DNA of 64,000 bases from Frankiales bacterium (lineage in GTDB: Bacteria; Actinomycetota; Actinomycetes; JAFAQI01). The stretch lies in assembly GCA_025980465.1 (NCBI GenBank), contig JAICXJ010000009.1, positions 885-64,884 of the forward strand, written 5' to 3'. The position numbers were made by a program, and so were the translations under genes. Positions 21,409 to 33,410 of the stretch are shown here, one piece after another; the stretch's first letter is position 1; each line of letters starts with the position of its first letter. The notes under the pieces were generated by a model. It was not told the origin of the DNA and ran no database searches. It worked only from the letters and a program-made list of their open reading frames with translations.

Positions 21409-22563
21409 ATGAGCCAAGAGGGCCCGCCCGCCGAGCGGCTGACGCCGCGGATGGCTGGCGGGATCTCGGCGGGTCGGATCTTCGGGGTGCCGCTGGTCGT
21501 CACTCCCACCTGGCTGTTGCTGGTCGTCCTCGCGACGTTGGCCATGCCGAGCTTTATCCGCGACAACGTCCACGTCAGCACGGCGGCCAGTTACGCCGTC
21601 GCGCTCGTCCTGGTGTTGCTCGTCTACGGCGCCGTGCTCGTCCACGAGGCCAGCCATGTGCTGGTTGCCAAGGCTCTCGGCCTGCGGGTCGGCCGGGTCG
21701 TGCTGCAGTTTCTCGGCGCCCAGTCCGAGGTCCTCGACGAGCCTCCTACGCCGGCCGCCGAGTACCTCGTGGCGTCGGTCGGGCCGCTCACTTCGGTGTT
21801 GCTCGCCGGCATCGCGGCGGCAATCGGGGCGCAGTTTCCGCACCATTCGGTCGGTTGGCTGCTCGCCGAAGCAACGGCAGCTATCAACGGCGTCGTCGCT
21901 GCGTTCAACCTGCTACCCGGCATGCCGCTCGACGGCGGTCGGATGCTCCGCGCGTTGCTCTGGCACCTCACTCACGACAAGCTGCGTGGCCTGCTCGTCG
22001 CCGGATGGATCGGTCGGCTCGTGGCCGCCGGCACCTTCGGCTACGCGATGCTCGCGCCGAAGTTCGAGACCGGCAATGCCAGCTTCGCCACCCTCTATCT
22101 GTTCTTCGTCGCGGTGTTCATCTGGGTCAACGCCTCGCTCGCCATCGCTCAGGCACGCGTCGGTGCGGTGATACCGCGCCTCGAGATGAACTCGCTGATC
22201 CGCCCGGCACTCACCGTCGAGGCTCAGCTACCGCTGGCGGAGGCGGTTCGGCGGGCACGGGCGATCGGGGCCCGAGCCCTGGTCGTGGTCGACAGCCGCG
22301 ACCGATGGTCAGGGATCGTCTCCGAAGCCGCCGTGCAGGCGACCCCGCCCGAGCGGCAGCCGTGGATGTCGGTGAGCGACCTCGCCCGACCGGTGGAGTC
22401 CGGGCTGGTCCTGTCACCGACGCTGACCGGCGAAGATCTCATGACCGCCGTGCAGCAGACCCCGGCGACCGAGTACCTGGTGGCCGGCGCCGACGGCAAC
22501 CTGAAGGGCGTTCTCGCCCGCGCCGACCTGGTCGCTGCGCTGCGCGCGGCCGGTGTCCGGTAA
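21409..22563 (+). CDS. Site-2 (M50) metalloprotease with CBS domains
   Basis: HEASH, GP, FNLLPGMPLDGG; C-terminal CBS-like pair. Confidence 0.92.
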   Translation: MSQEGPPAERLTPRMAGGISAGRIFGVPLVVTPTWLLLVVLATLAMPSFIRDNVHVSTAASYAVALVLVLLVYGAVLVHEASHVLVAKALGLRVGRVVLQFLGAQSEVLDEPPTPAAEYLVASVGPLTSVLLAGIAAAIGAQFPHHSVGWLLAEATAAINGVVAAFNLLPGMPLDGGRMLRALLWHLTHDKLRGLLVAGWIGRLVAAGTFGYAMLAPKFETGNASFATLYLFFVAVFIWVNASLAIAQARVGAVIPRLEMNSLIRPALTVEAQLPLAEAVRRARAIGARALVVVDSRDRWSGIVSEAAVQATPPERQPWMSVSDLARPVESGLVLSPTLTGEDLMTAVQQTPATEYLVAGADGNLKGVLARADLVAALRAAGVR

Positions 22564-23472
<909 letters not shown>

Positions 23473-23581
23473 CAACCGGGGCAATCGCCACGCCGCGCGC
23501 GTAACCGGTAATTGCACGGGTATGGGCACCGCCACGGTTATAGGCTCAGAGGTTGAGTAACCGCTGATTGCAGCAGGGGAG

Positions 23582-25351
23582 GTGGCCGTGCCCGCGAAGG
23601 AGGAGCCTGCGGCACGGGCCGCCCGGCTGGAGAAGGAGACCCAGGACCTCTCCGCCCAGGTGGCCTTCCTCGAGGACGAAATCGGCACGCTTCGGCGCCG
23701 GATGGCGGCATCCTCGCGGCCGAGCACCGCGATCGACGAGCGGCTCGCTCAGACTCAGGCCGACCTCTCCAGCGCGCTGACACGCAATGAGCGGCTCGTC
23801 ACGACCCTCAAGGAAGCTCGCGAGCAGATCGTCGCGCTCAAGGAAGAGGTCGACCGGCTCGCCCAGCCGCCGTCCGGATACGGCTACTACCTCGCGACGC
23901 ACGAGGACGGCACCGTCGACATTTTCACCGGCGGTCGCAAGTTGCGGGTTGCGGTGTCCCCGTCACTCGATGTCGAAGAGTTGCGGCGTGGCCAGGAGGT
24001 CATGCTGAACGAGGCGCTGAACGTCGTCGAAGCGCTGAGCTTCGAACGTCAGGGTGACGTCGTGATGCTCAAAGAGGTGCTCGAGGACGGCGACCGAGCC
24101 CTGGTGATCGGTCACACCGACGAGGAACGGGTCGTGATGCTCGCCGACTCGCTGCTCGGATCACCGTTGCGGGCCGGTGATTCGCTGTTGCTGGAGGCGC
24201 GCTCCGGCTACGCCTACGAGCGGATCCCGAAGTCGGAAGTCGAGGAACTGGTCCTCGAGGAGGTGCCGGACATCGGCTACGAGGACATCGGTGGCCTCAG
24301 CGATCAGATCGAGGCGATTCGCGACGCTGTCGAGTTGCCGTTCCTGCACAAGGACCTGTTCATCGAACACCAGCTGCGTCCGCCGAAGGGGATCCTGCTC
24401 TACGGCCCGCCGGGATGTGGCAAGACCCTCATCGCGAAGGCGGTCGCGAACTCGCTCGCCAAGAAGGTCGCCGAGGCCGGCAAGGGCGAGGGCCGTTCGT
24501 ACTTCCTGAACATCAAGGGTCCCGAGCTGCTCAACAAGTACGTGGGTGAGACCGAGCGGCACATCCGGCTGGTGTTCCAGCGCGCCCGTGAGAAGGCCAG
24601 CGAAGGTACGCCGGTCATCGTGTTCTTCGACGAGATGGACTCGATCTTCCGCACCCGAGGATCAGGTGTCTCCTCCGACGTCGAGAACACGATCGTGCCG
24701 CAGCTGCTGAGCGAGATCGACGGCGTCGAGGGCCTCGAGAACGTCATCGTCATCGGCGCATCCAACCGCGAGGACATGATCGACCCCGCGATCCTGCGGC
24801 CCGGCCGGCTCGACGTGAAGATAAAGATCGAGCGCCCCGACGCGGAGGCGGCGAAAGACATCTTCTCGAAGTACATCGTCGAGGAGCTCCCGCTGCATGC
24901 CGAGGACCTCAGCGAGCACGGTGGGTCCGCGGCGGCCACCATCGACGCGATGGTGCAGCGCACCGTCGAGCGGATGTACGCCGAATCGGAGGAGAACCGC
25001 TTCCTCGAGGTCACCTATGCCAACGGCGACAAGGAGGAGCTGTACTTCCGCGACTTCAACTCCGGCGCGATGATCGAGAACATCGTCGCCAGGGCGAAGA
25101 AGATGGCGATCAAGGACTTCCTTGAGTCGGGTCAGAAGGGGCTTCGGATCACCCACCTGCTCTCGGCGTGCGTGGATGAGTTCAAGGAGAACGAGGACCT
25201 CCCCAACACGACCAACCCCGACGACTGGGCCCGGATCTCCGGAAAGAAGGGCGAGCGGATCGTGTACATCCGTACCCTCATCACCGGCAAGCAGGGCGAC
25301 GAGTCCGGCCGCGCGATCGATACCGTCGCAAACACCGGCCAGTACCTGTAG
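23582..25351 (+). CDS. arc: Proteasome ATPase ARC/Mpa
   Basis: N-terminal coiled coil, [15 protein letters not shown]-terminal GQYL docking motif. Confidence 0.98.
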   Translation: MAVPAKEEPAARAARLEKETQDLSAQVAFLEDEIGTLRRRMAASSRPSTAIDERLAQTQADLSSALTRNERLVTTLKEAREQIVALKEEVDRLAQPPSGYGYYLATHEDGTVDIFTGGRKLRVAVSPSLDVEELRRGQEVMLNEALNVVEALSFERQGDVVMLKEVLEDGDRALVIGHTDEERVVMLADSLLGSPLRAGDSLLLEARSGYAYERIPKSEVEELVLEEVPDIGYEDIGGLSDQIEAIRDAVELPFLHKDLFIEHQLRPPKGILLYGPPGCGKTLIAKAVANSLAKKVAEAGKGEGRSYFLNIKGPELLNKYVGETERHIRLVFQRAREKASEGTPVIVFFDEMDSIFRTRGSGVSSDVENTIVPQLLSEIDGVEGLENVIVIGASNREDMIDPAILRPGRLDVKIKIERPDAEAAKDIFSKYIVEELPLHAEDLSEHGGSAAATIDAMVQRTVERMYAESEENRFLEVTYANGDKEELYFRDFNSGAMIENIVARAKKMAIKDFLESGQKGLRITHLLSACVDEFKENEDLPNTTNPDDWARISGKKGERIVYIRTLITGKQGDESGRAIDTVANTGQYL

Positions 25352-25410
25352 GCGCGCTGTCCACGGCGCTGTAACAGCGCGGTGTGGGCGCTAGCGCCTA
25401 GGCTTGACCT

Positions 25411-26946
25411 ATGACGGTCCGCCGCGTGATCGGGACCGAGACGGAATACGGCATCTCGGTTCCGGGCCAGACAGCGGCCAACCACATGCTGGCGTCGAGC
25501 CAGATCGTGAACGCCTATCTGAACGCGACCACCGGGATCTCCCGCGACCGCAGCCCGCGGTGGGACTTCGAAGAGGAGTCGCCGCTGCGCGACGCCCGTG
25601 GCTTTGATGCCGGTCCGGCGGTTGTGCGCGACGCCGCCGACGTGCTTCCCGACGACGAGGTCGGGCTCGCCAACGTGATCCTCACCAACGGCGCGAGGCT
25701 CTACGTCGACCATGCCCACCCGGAGTACTCGACACCGGAGGTCACCAACCCCCGCGACGCGGTGCTGTGGGACAAGGCGGGAGAGCTGGTCATGGTGGCA
25801 GCGGCCGAGCACGCCGCGAAGATCCCCGGCGCCGGCCACATCCAGCTGTACAAGAACAACACCGACAACAAGGGTGCCTCCTACGGTGCCCATGAGAACT
25901 ACTTGATGCGTCGGCAGACGCCGTTCGCCGACATCGTTCGTCACCTCACGCCGTTCTTCGTGACGCGGCAGATCGTGTGCGGCGCCGGCCGGGTCGGGTT
26001 GGGCCAGGACGGTCACGGCCACGGCTTCCAGATCTCGCAGCGCGCCGACTTCTTCGAAGTCGAGGTGGGGCTGGAGACAACCCTCAAGCGGCCGATCATC
26101 AACACCCGCGACGAGCCACATGCCGATCCGGAGCGCTATCGCCGACTGCACGTGATCATCGGTGACGCGAACATGAGTGAGATCTCGTGCTACCTCAAGG
26201 TGGGCACTACCTCGCTGGTCCTTTCGATGATCGAACAGGACTGGTTCGGCGAGACCGGCGTCGACCTGACGATCGACAGCCCGGTCGCCTCGCTGCGCGC
26301 GATCTCGCACGACCCGACGTTGCGTCGTACCGTCACGCTGCGCGACGGCCGGGTGCTCACCGGTCTGCAGGTGCAGGCGGAATATCTGGAGCAGGCGCGC
26401 AAGTTCGTCGAGTCGAGGTACGGCGCGGACGCCGATGAGCAGACGCTCGACGTGCTCGATCGGTGGGACCGAGTCCTGGTGCGGCTCGCTGACGACCCGA
26501 TGTCGCTCGCCGGCGAGCTCGACTGGGTGGCGAAGCTGTCGCTGCTCGAGGGCTACCGCGACCGGGAAGGTCTCGAGTGGGACGCCCACAAGCTGCAACT
26601 CGTCGATCTCCAGTACAGCGACGTCCGCCCGGACAAGGGGCTGTACAACCGGCTGGTGGCCCGCGGCCGGATGCAGCGCCTGCTCACCGACGAGGAGATC
26701 CAGCGTGCCGTCACGGAGCCGCCGGAAGACACCCGGGCCTACTTCAGGGGGCGGTGCCTGGCCAAGTTCGCGGCCGACGTCGCGGCTGCCTCGTGGGATT
26801 CAGTGATCTTCGATGTCGGGCGTGACTCGTTGCAGCGGGTACCGATGCTGGAGCCGTTGCGCGGGACCAAGGCTCATGTCGAGGAGCTGCTGGCACGCTG
26901 CGAGACAGCGGCGCAGCTGGTCGACGAGATCGCTGGCACGCGCTAG
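25411..26946 (+). CDS. dop: Depupylase/deamidase Dop
   Basis: [23 protein letters not shown] Dop loop, [14 protein letters not shown]. Confidence 0.97.
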   Translation: MTVRRVIGTETEYGISVPGQTAANHMLASSQIVNAYLNATTGISRDRSPRWDFEEESPLRDARGFDAGPAVVRDAADVLPDDEVGLANVILTNGARLYVDHAHPEYSTPEVTNPRDAVLWDKAGELVMVAAAEHAAKIPGAGHIQLYKNNTDNKGASYGAHENYLMRRQTPFADIVRHLTPFFVTRQIVCGAGRVGLGQDGHGHGFQISQRADFFEVEVGLETTLKRPIINTRDEPHADPERYRRLHVIIGDANMSEISCYLKVGTTSLVLSMIEQDWFGETGVDLTIDSPVASLRAISHDPTLRRTVTLRDGRVLTGLQVQAEYLEQARKFVESRYGADADEQTLDVLDRWDRVLVRLADDPMSLAGELDWVAKLSLLEGYRDREGLEWDAHKLQLVDLQYSDVRPDKGLYNRLVARGRMQRLLTDEEIQRAVTEPPEDTRAYFRGRCLAKFAADVAAASWDSVIFDVGRDSLQRVPMLEPLRGTKAHVEELLARCETAAQLVDEIAGTR

Positions 26947-27092
26947 CCAACCGCCGTTAGGTCAGGATCGGCACCAGTTGTGCCGATATTCAACCGCGGA
27001 CGCTCTTAGCCCTGCTGCACCATGCCGACTAGGGAGAACGCTGGGACTGGCAGGTAACGTCAGAACCAACGACAGCACCTTGGAGGTGCCCG

Positions 27093-27302
27093 ATGACGAC
27101 CCGCGACGAGGGCGGTCAGGCGCGTGCGTCGCGCCGCAAGCAAGAAGCGGACGAGGTCGAGGAGCTCGACACCACCGACCTGCAGGAACGGCAAGAAGAA
27201 CTGAGTGACGACGTCGAGGACATCCTCGACGAAATCGACTCAGTTTTGGAGTCAAATGCCGAAGAGTTCGTCCGCGGCTACGTCCAGAAAGGCGGCGAAT
27301 GA
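27093..27302 (+). CDS. pup: Prokaryotic ubiquitin-like protein (Glu-terminated)
   Basis: [25 protein letters not shown]. Confidence 0.98.
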   Translation: MTTRDEGGQARASRRKQEADEVEELDTTDLQERQEELSDDVEDILDEIDSVLESNAEEFVRGYVQKGGE

Positions 27303-27444
27303 TGATCGAGGTAGGCGATCTACTCTAGTTCTGGGTGGGCGTGCCCTGCGACGGCATCCGGGTTCGCGCCCCCGGCGCGAGCCTGACTGCGCCGAGAGCG
27401 AACCCCGCCTCACTGCTCGGGCCCGGTCGTGGCAGGGTGGTGCG

Positions 27445-28299
27445 GTGGATCTCTCCGACGGCCTCACGCTTCCCGCCGCGTTCTTCATGCCTGGGACCTC
27501 GTCGTTCAGCGACTTTCTCGCCAACCACTCGCCGGACCTGCTGCCCGGGAAGCGGCTCCAGGCCGGAGTCGCCTCGATGACGGTCGAGGCGCCGCATGGC
27601 ACGACGATCGTGGCGATCGCTCACACCACCGGTGTGATCCTGGCCGGCGACCGCCGGGCCACGATGGGCAACGTCATCGCGCAGCGTGACATGGAGAAGG
27701 TGTTCCAGGCCGACGAGTACTCCGCCGTCGGCATCGCCGGAACGGCCGGCGTCGCGGTCGAGCTGGTCCGGTTGTTCCAGGTCGAGCTCGAGCACTACGA
27801 GAAGATCGAGGGCGTCACGCTGTCGCTCGAGGGCAAGGCCAACCGGCTCTCGCTGCTGATCCGCAACAACCTTCCGATGGCGATGCAGGGCCTCGCCGTC
27901 GTACCGATGTTCGCCGGCTACGACCTCGAAGTGACCGACCCGGCAGCCGCCGGCCGGATCTTCTCCTACGACGTGACCGGCGGTCGCTACGAGGAGCGCA
28001 AGTTCCACTCGGTCGGCTCCGGCAGTGTCTACGCCCGCGGTGCGCTGAAGAAGCTCTACCGCGACGACTTCAGCGAGAGCGACGCGGTCCTCAGCAGCGT
28101 CCACGCGCTGTACGACGCCGCCGACGACGATGCGGCGACCGGCGGGCCGGATCTCACCCGGCGCATCTATCCGGTCATCACCAGCGTCACCGCAGCCGGC
28201 TTCCGCCGCCTCGGGGACGACGAGGTAGCCGGGATCACCGAGCAGGTCGTCAACGAGCGCATGGAACACCCAGGCGGTCCGCAGGCGCCGCTTCAATAG
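27445..28299 (+). CDS. prcB: 20S proteasome beta subunit
   Basis: Propeptide (GTSSFSDFL), then HG|TTIVA, AGDRRAT, GSGS. Confidence 0.97.
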   Translation: MDLSDGLTLPAAFFMPGTSSFSDFLANHSPDLLPGKRLQAGVASMTVEAPHGTTIVAIAHTTGVILAGDRRATMGNVIAQRDMEKVFQADEYSAVGIAGTAGVAVELVRLFQVELEHYEKIEGVTLSLEGKANRLSLLIRNNLPMAMQGLAVVPMFAGYDLEVTDPAAAGRIFSYDVTGGRYEERKFHSVGSGSVYARGALKKLYRDDFSESDAVLSSVHALYDAADDDAATGGPDLTRRIYPVITSVTAAGFRRLGDDEVAGITEQVVNERMEHPGGPQAPLQ

Positions 28300-28354
28300 C
28301 TCCTCGCACGGCGAGTGCAGCCCCGACCACGACGAGAGAGGACCGCGACGACCG

Positions 28355-29053
28355 ATGACGATGCCCTTCGGCTACGTCTCACCCGAGCAGGTCATGAAGG
28401 ACCGCGCCGATTACGCGCGGAAGGGGATCGCGCGTGGCCGCGCCGTGCTCGTCATGACCTATGCCGACGGCATACTGTTCGTCGCCGAGAACCCGTCCAG
28501 TGCGCTTCACAAGATCTCGGAGATCTACGACCGGATCGGCTTCGCAGCAGTCGGCAAATACAACGAGTTCGAGAACCTGCGCGTCGCCGGCGTGCGGATG
28601 GCCGACCTGCGCGGCTATTCCTACGACCGTCGCGACGTGACCGGACGCGCGCTCGCCAACACCTACGCGCAGATTCTCGGAACGATTTTCTCCAGCGGCG
28701 GTGACAAGCCGTTCGAAGTCGAGATCACGGTCGCGGAGGTGGGGGAGACCTCGGCCACCGACCAGCTCTACCGGCTCACGTACGACGGGAGCGTCGCCGA
28801 CGAGCAGGACATCGTCGTCATGGGTGGGTCAGCCGATTCGATCGGGAACGCGCTCCGCGAAGGTCACCGCGCCGACCTTCCGCTGGACGAAGGCCTCCGG
28901 CTGGCGGTCTCGGCCCTGACGAACGCCGACGGTGAGAATCGCGAGATCGCTGCCGCAAGCCTCGAGGTAGCCATCCTCGACCGCACCCGGCCCCGCCGTA
29001 CCTTCCGGCGACTGCCCGACGCTGCCGTCGCGCAGTCGCTCGGTGCGTCTTAG
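28355..29053 (+). CDS. prcA: 20S proteasome alpha subunit
   Basis: [35 protein letters not shown]. Confidence 0.97.
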   Translation: MTMPFGYVSPEQVMKDRADYARKGIARGRAVLVMTYADGILFVAENPSSALHKISEIYDRIGFAAVGKYNEFENLRVAGVRMADLRGYSYDRRDVTGRALANTYAQILGTIFSSGGDKPFEVEITVAEVGETSATDQLYRLTYDGSVADEQDIVVMGGSADSIGNALREGHRADLPLDEGLRLAVSALTNADGENREIAAASLEVAILDRTRPRRTFRRLPDAAVAQSLGAS

Positions 29054-29823
29054 CCGCGCTGACCCGCGCGCAGCAGCACGACGTGGCGAAACCCCGCCAC
29101 CTTGTGCATCTGCCACATCGCCTTCGCGAGGCTGTACGTCTCTGCCGGTGACTTCGCGACCAAGCCAGAGGGCAGGACCGTCAGCATCCCGACCAGCTGG
29201 TTCGCGAACACGACCGGCGCCCCGACATCAGCGGGACCGAGCGCCGCGAGGGTCGTGAAGTCATGCTCCCAGCCGTGATGGTGGGTGGCACCAGCGGTGG
29301 CGGGCGCACGGTTGACAGTCATCGCCGTGCCGGACGTGGGCCGTGCGGCGGTGACCTGCTGCGGCGCCTTCGATCCGGGGATGGCGCCGCTGACCCGCGA
29401 CGCATCGCGACGATTGATCCGGACCAGGGCGAGATCGTTGTAGTCGCACATCGTCTTGTCGGTCACGCCATGCAGCTGCATCTCGGTGAAGGAGTTGTAG
29501 ACCAGCGTGCCGTGATGGCGGGCACCTGCGATGTGCACGGGTATGCCGATCGGGGTCTCGGCTGCAGCGCAGCCGTCCTGGAGTACCCCGGGCTGGATCC
29601 CCGCGCACGAGGCCGGGATGGCGACGTAGAGTCTCGCGCCCTGTCGCATGATCGCGCCGGCCTTGCAGGTGATCCCGCCGAACGTCACGGCGACACCGGG
29701 ATGTATGCCGCTCGGCGTGGCCGCGTGGGCGGCCGGCGAGCCGGCCAGTGCGGGCAAAAGCGCCACCGAAACAGCGCATGCTGCCATGAATCGCCTGGGG
29801 GCTAGCCGCAACCGTACCTCCAC
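29050..29823 (-). CDS. Secreted trypsin-fold protein lacking catalytic His and Ser (putative pseudoprotease)
   Basis: Signal peptide ending AHA; IHPG..C..PASC in place of AAHC, NDLALV, ADVG in place of GDSG; start may be 29787. Confidence 0.7.
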   Translation of the reverse strand: MEVRLRLAPRRFMAACAVSVALLPALAGSPAAHAATPSGIHPGVAVTFGGITCKAGAIMRQGARLYVAIPASCAGIQPGVLQDGCAAAETPIGIPVHIAGARHHGTLVYNSFTEMQLHGVTDKTMCDYNDLALVRINRRDASRVSGAIPGSKAPQQVTAARPTSGTAMTVNRAPATAGATHHHGWEHDFTTLAALGPADVGAPVVFANQLVGMLTVLPSGLVAKSPAETYSLAKAMWQMHKVAGFRHVVLLRAGQRG

Positions 29824-29962
29824 GCATGCAGGTGAGTCAGGTCACACTTCGCTACCAGTCGGCCATATCCTGCCCAGCCGGTCAAGGCCTCGCGGCGCGA
29901 AGGTCAACCGCTATCCGTCGAATGTCCCGCCCGTGGTGAAGGCGGGCGCTTACGCTCAAGGG

Positions 29963-31321
29963 GTGGATAGGCGCATCTATGGCCTGGAGAACGAGTACGG
30001 CGTGACGTGCACGTTCCGGGGGCAGCGCCGGCTCTCACCCGACGAGGTCGCCCGCTATCTCTTCCGGCGGGTGGTCTCCTGGGGCCGGAGTAGCAATGTG
30101 TTTCTGAAGAACGGCGCCCGGCTCTATCTCGACGTCGGCTCTCACCCCGAGTACGCGACACCGGAATGCGACGACGTCGTCGAGCTCGTGACACACGACA
30201 AGGCCGGAGAGCGGACCCTCGAAGGCCTGCTCATGGACGCCGAGCGACGGCTGCGCGAGGAGGGCATCGCCGGCGACATCTACCTGTTCAAGAACAACAC
30301 CGACTCGGCCGGCAACTCCTATGGCTGCCACGAGAACTACTTGGTGGGCCGTCACGGCGAGTTCAGCCGGTTGGCCGACGTTCTCATTCCGTTTCTCGTC
30401 ACGCGTCAGATCATCTGCGGCGCAGGCAAGGTGCTCCTCACGCCGCGAGGGGCAGTGTTCTGCGTCAGCCAACGCGCCGAGCACATCTGGGAGGGCGTGT
30501 CGTCGGCGACGACCCGGAGCCGACCGATCATCAACACCCGCGACGAGCCACACGCCGACGCCGAGCGATTCCGCCGCCTGCATGTCATCGTCGGTGACAG
30601 CAACATGTCGGAGACGACGACGTTGCTGAAGATCGGAACGACGGACCTCGTGCTTCGGATGATCGAGGCTGGGGTCGTGATGCGCGATCTCACTCTCGAG
30701 AACGCGATCCGCGCCATCCGCGAGATCAGCCACGACATCACCGGCCGGCGTCTGGTCAAGCTCGCGAACGGCCGCGAGGCGAGTGCCCTCGACATCCAGC
30801 AGGAGTACTTCGTCAAGGCCCGCGACTTCGTCCAGCGCCGTGGCGGTGACGCGACAACGGAACGCGTTCTCGAGCTTTGGGAACGCACCCTCAAGGCGGT
30901 CGACACCGGAGACCTCGCGCTGGTCGACCGCGAGATCGACTGGGTGATCAAGCATCAGATGGTCGAGCGGTACCGCGCGAAGCACGACCTCGCGCTGTCC
31001 TCGCCACGGATTGCGCAGATCGACCTGACCTACCACGATGTCAATCGCCGTCGCGGCCTGTACTACCTGATGGAACGCCGCGGCGCGGTCGATCGGGTGT
31101 GCAACGACCTGCGAATCTTCGAGGCGAAGTCGGTGCCGCCGCAGACCACCCGCGCCCGGCTGCGCGGCGACTTCATCCGGCGGGCGCAGGAGAAGCGTCG
31201 CGACTTCACCGTCGACTGGGTGCACTTGAAGCTCAACGACCAGGCGCAACGCACCGTGCTGTGCAAGGACCCCTTCCGTGCTGTCGACGACCGGGTCGAG
31301 AAGCTGATCGCGAGCATGTAA
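29963..31321 (+). CDS. pafA: Pup--protein ligase
   Basis: [40 protein letters not shown]. Confidence 0.98.
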   Translation: MDRRIYGLENEYGVTCTFRGQRRLSPDEVARYLFRRVVSWGRSSNVFLKNGARLYLDVGSHPEYATPECDDVVELVTHDKAGERTLEGLLMDAERRLREEGIAGDIYLFKNNTDSAGNSYGCHENYLVGRHGEFSRLADVLIPFLVTRQIICGAGKVLLTPRGAVFCVSQRAEHIWEGVSSATTRSRPIINTRDEPHADAERFRRLHVIVGDSNMSETTTLLKIGTTDLVLRMIEAGVVMRDLTLENAIRAIREISHDITGRRLVKLANGREASALDIQQEYFVKARDFVQRRGGDATTERVLELWERTLKAVDTGDLALVDREIDWVIKHQMVERYRAKHDLALSSPRIAQIDLTYHDVNRRRGLYYLMERRGAVDRVCNDLRIFEAKSVPPQTTRARLRGDFIRRAQEKRRDFTVDWVHLKLNDQAQRTVLCKDPFRAVDDRVEKLIASM

Positions 31322-31333
31322 CCGCCTCGGCCG

Positions 31334-32401
31334 TCAGGCCAGCAGCGCGGCTGCGTGACGACCAGCGGCGGCGCACGCGAGGAAGCACGCCGGATCCTCA
31401 TCGAGCGACCGCCCCATGCTCGCCACGGCGACCGGTGCCGCAGACATCGCGTCGAGGAGGCCGTCGACCGGCACATCGACGAGCCGGTGCGGCGGCGACA
31501 GGGCGTCGGCCGCGGAGCGGATCGATGCGCCGAACTCGCCCTCGAGGACCGGAACGGCGATGTCAGCCGGGGCGAGCGCCACCCGCCCGAGCGCCGTCAG
31601 GGTGTGGTGCGAGATGCCGCGGTGCCGCTCGCGCGGGTCCGCCGCGCTGACGCGCAATGCGGCAACCGGTCGGCCGTGCAATGCCGCCGCGGCATTGATT
31701 GCCTCGCCACTCGCCACCCCGCTGAAGCCCCATCGGGTGCCGGTGCCGAGGTTGCCCGGGCCCTGGGTCACCACAGCCAGATCGGCGCCGAGCACCAGCC
31801 GGGCGGCCAACAGCCCGGTCTGCAGGGTCACCGCTTCGAGGTCCCCGCCGTACGCCTGGCCGACCGTCACCGTCGCCGCGAGCCAGCCGGCATCGGCGAG
31901 TGCTGCGACGGTGTCTGAGAACCCGAGCGGAAGGGCACCGCCGTCGGTCATCACGTACACGATCCGCGGCGGCTCCGCGTCAGTCCGTAATCCCGCGATC
32001 ACCGGAGCGAGGGCGGAGTGCAGGTCAGCCACCACGACCGGCATGCCATCGAGATCCTCGGCCTCGCGGAGGACGTCGTAGTGAGGTGAATCCGGCTCGT
32101 CGACCGCGAGCACGGTGGCTTGAAGCGGGGTGTAGCGGGCTTTCACGACGTGGCCCGGCTCGTCGCGGTCGACCGGAAGCCGGTCTGGGAGCGCGACGAC
32201 CATCGCGTAGCCCCCGGTGCCGAGCCCGAGGGACATCGCGGTGATGTTGAGCAGCACCCGGTCGCCGACGTCGGGGGTGCCGACGAGCTGCGGGTAGGCG
32301 AGAGCGGCGACGCGACCGTCGGTCGTTTCAACCTCGAGCTCGATCGCGCCCGGCCGGCTTCGACCGACCGCCACGACCCGGCCGTCCCGCCACTGGATCA
32401 C
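31334..32401 (-). CDS. DUF3866 family protein
   Basis: LGTGG, GHVVKARYTPLQ, DLHS, MTDGGALP, GPGNLGTG. Confidence 0.88.
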   Translation of the reverse strand: MIQWRDGRVVAVGRSRPGAIELEVETTDGRVAALAYPQLVGTPDVGDRVLLNITAMSLGLGTGGYAMVVALPDRLPVDRDEPGHVVKARYTPLQATVLAVDEPDSPHYDVLREAEDLDGMPVVVADLHSALAPVIAGLRTDAEPPRIVYVMTDGGALPLGFSDTVAALADAGWLAATVTVGQAYGGDLEAVTLQTGLLAARLVLGADLAVVTQGPGNLGTGTRWGFSGVASGEAINAAAALHGRPVAALRVSAADPRERHRGISHHTLTALGRVALAPADIAVPVLEGEFGASIRSAADALSPPHRLVDVPVDGLLDAMSAAPVAVASMGRSLDEDPACFLACAAAGRHAAALLA

Positions 32402-32450
32402 TGCGCGACCCTACCGAGCCCCGCGGCCGGTCCACGGTAGGTTCCGAGGC

Positions 32451-33410
32451 ATGGCGGCAGAGCGCACCGAGCGGCTGATGAACCTCGTCATCTGCCTGCT
32501 GCACACCCGCTCGTACATCACGGCCGAACGCCTCCGCGAGACGATCCCGGGGTACGCCGAGGCGCCGAGCGACGAGGCGTTCAAGCGGATGTTCGAGCGT
32601 GACAAGGAGGATCTTCGCGATCTCGGTATCCCGCTGGAGACCGGCTCGTTGAGCCACTTCGACGACGAGCCGGGCTATCGCATCCCCCGCAACGACTACG
32701 CCTTGCCGTCGATCACCCTCGAGCCCGACGAGGCCGCCGCGCTGGTGCTGGCCGCGCGGATGTGGTCCTCAGCGGCGCTGGGCGCCTCGGCGACCCGAGC
32801 GCTGCGCAAGCTCGAGGCGGCCGGCGTGGAGATCTCGCGGCTCCCCGATGGGCTGCAACCGCGCGTCGGCGCCGGCGGGACCGGGCTTCCGATCGTCGCG
32901 GAGGCCGCCCGCGAAGGCAGGCGGCTGCGATTCGACTACCGGGGTGCCAGCGACGCCGCACCCGCTACCCGGCACGTCGAGCCCTGGGGCGTGGTCTGGT
33001 GGCACGGCCGGTGGTATCTGGTCGGACATGACCTCGACCGCGAGGCGCCGCGGGTCTTTCGGCTGTCGCGGGTGATGGGGGACCCGAAGGCGGAGGGCAA
33101 GGCCGGCGCCGTCACAGTGCCGGAAGGAGTTGACTTGCGGGCGCTGGTGGTGGCCAGCGATCCGCCGACCACCGACGCGATGGCACGGGTCAAGGTGCGT
33201 CACAACCGCGCGATCGGGCTGCGCCGGCAGACCGTCGACGTCAGCGACGACGGCGGCGGTTGGGACGTGGTCACGGTGCCGTGCCCAGATCCGCATCGGC
33301 TGGCCGAGCAGGTGCTCGGCTACGGCGCCGACGCGGTGATTCTCTCGCCCGCCGAAGCTCGCGATGCGATCGTCCAGCGACTGCACGCGCTCACGGGGGC
33401 GCACCAATGA
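32451..33410 (+). CDS. pafB: WYL-domain regulator PafB
   Basis: ERLMNLVICLL, RMFERDK, WYLVGHD, FRLSR. Confidence 0.95.
   Translation: MAAERTERLMNLVICLLHTRSYITAERLRETIPGYAEAPSDEAFKRMFERDKEDLRDLGIPLETGSLSHFDDEPGYRIPRNDYALPSITLEPDEAAALVLAARMWSSAALGASATRALRKLEAAGVEISRLPDGLQPRVGAGGTGLPIVAEAAREGRRLRFDYRGASDAAPATRHVEPWGVVWWHGRWYLVGHDLDREAPRVFRLSRVMGDPKAEGKAGAVTVPEGVDLRALVVASDPPTTDAMARVKVRHNRAIGLRRQTVDVSDDGGGWDVVTVPCPDPHRLAEQVLGYGADAVILSPAEARDAIVQRLHALTGAHQ

Noticed and set aside
23536-23560. GGTTGAG half-site upstream of arc
   Set aside because: No matching left arm; better explained as the TAGGCT -10 region of arc.
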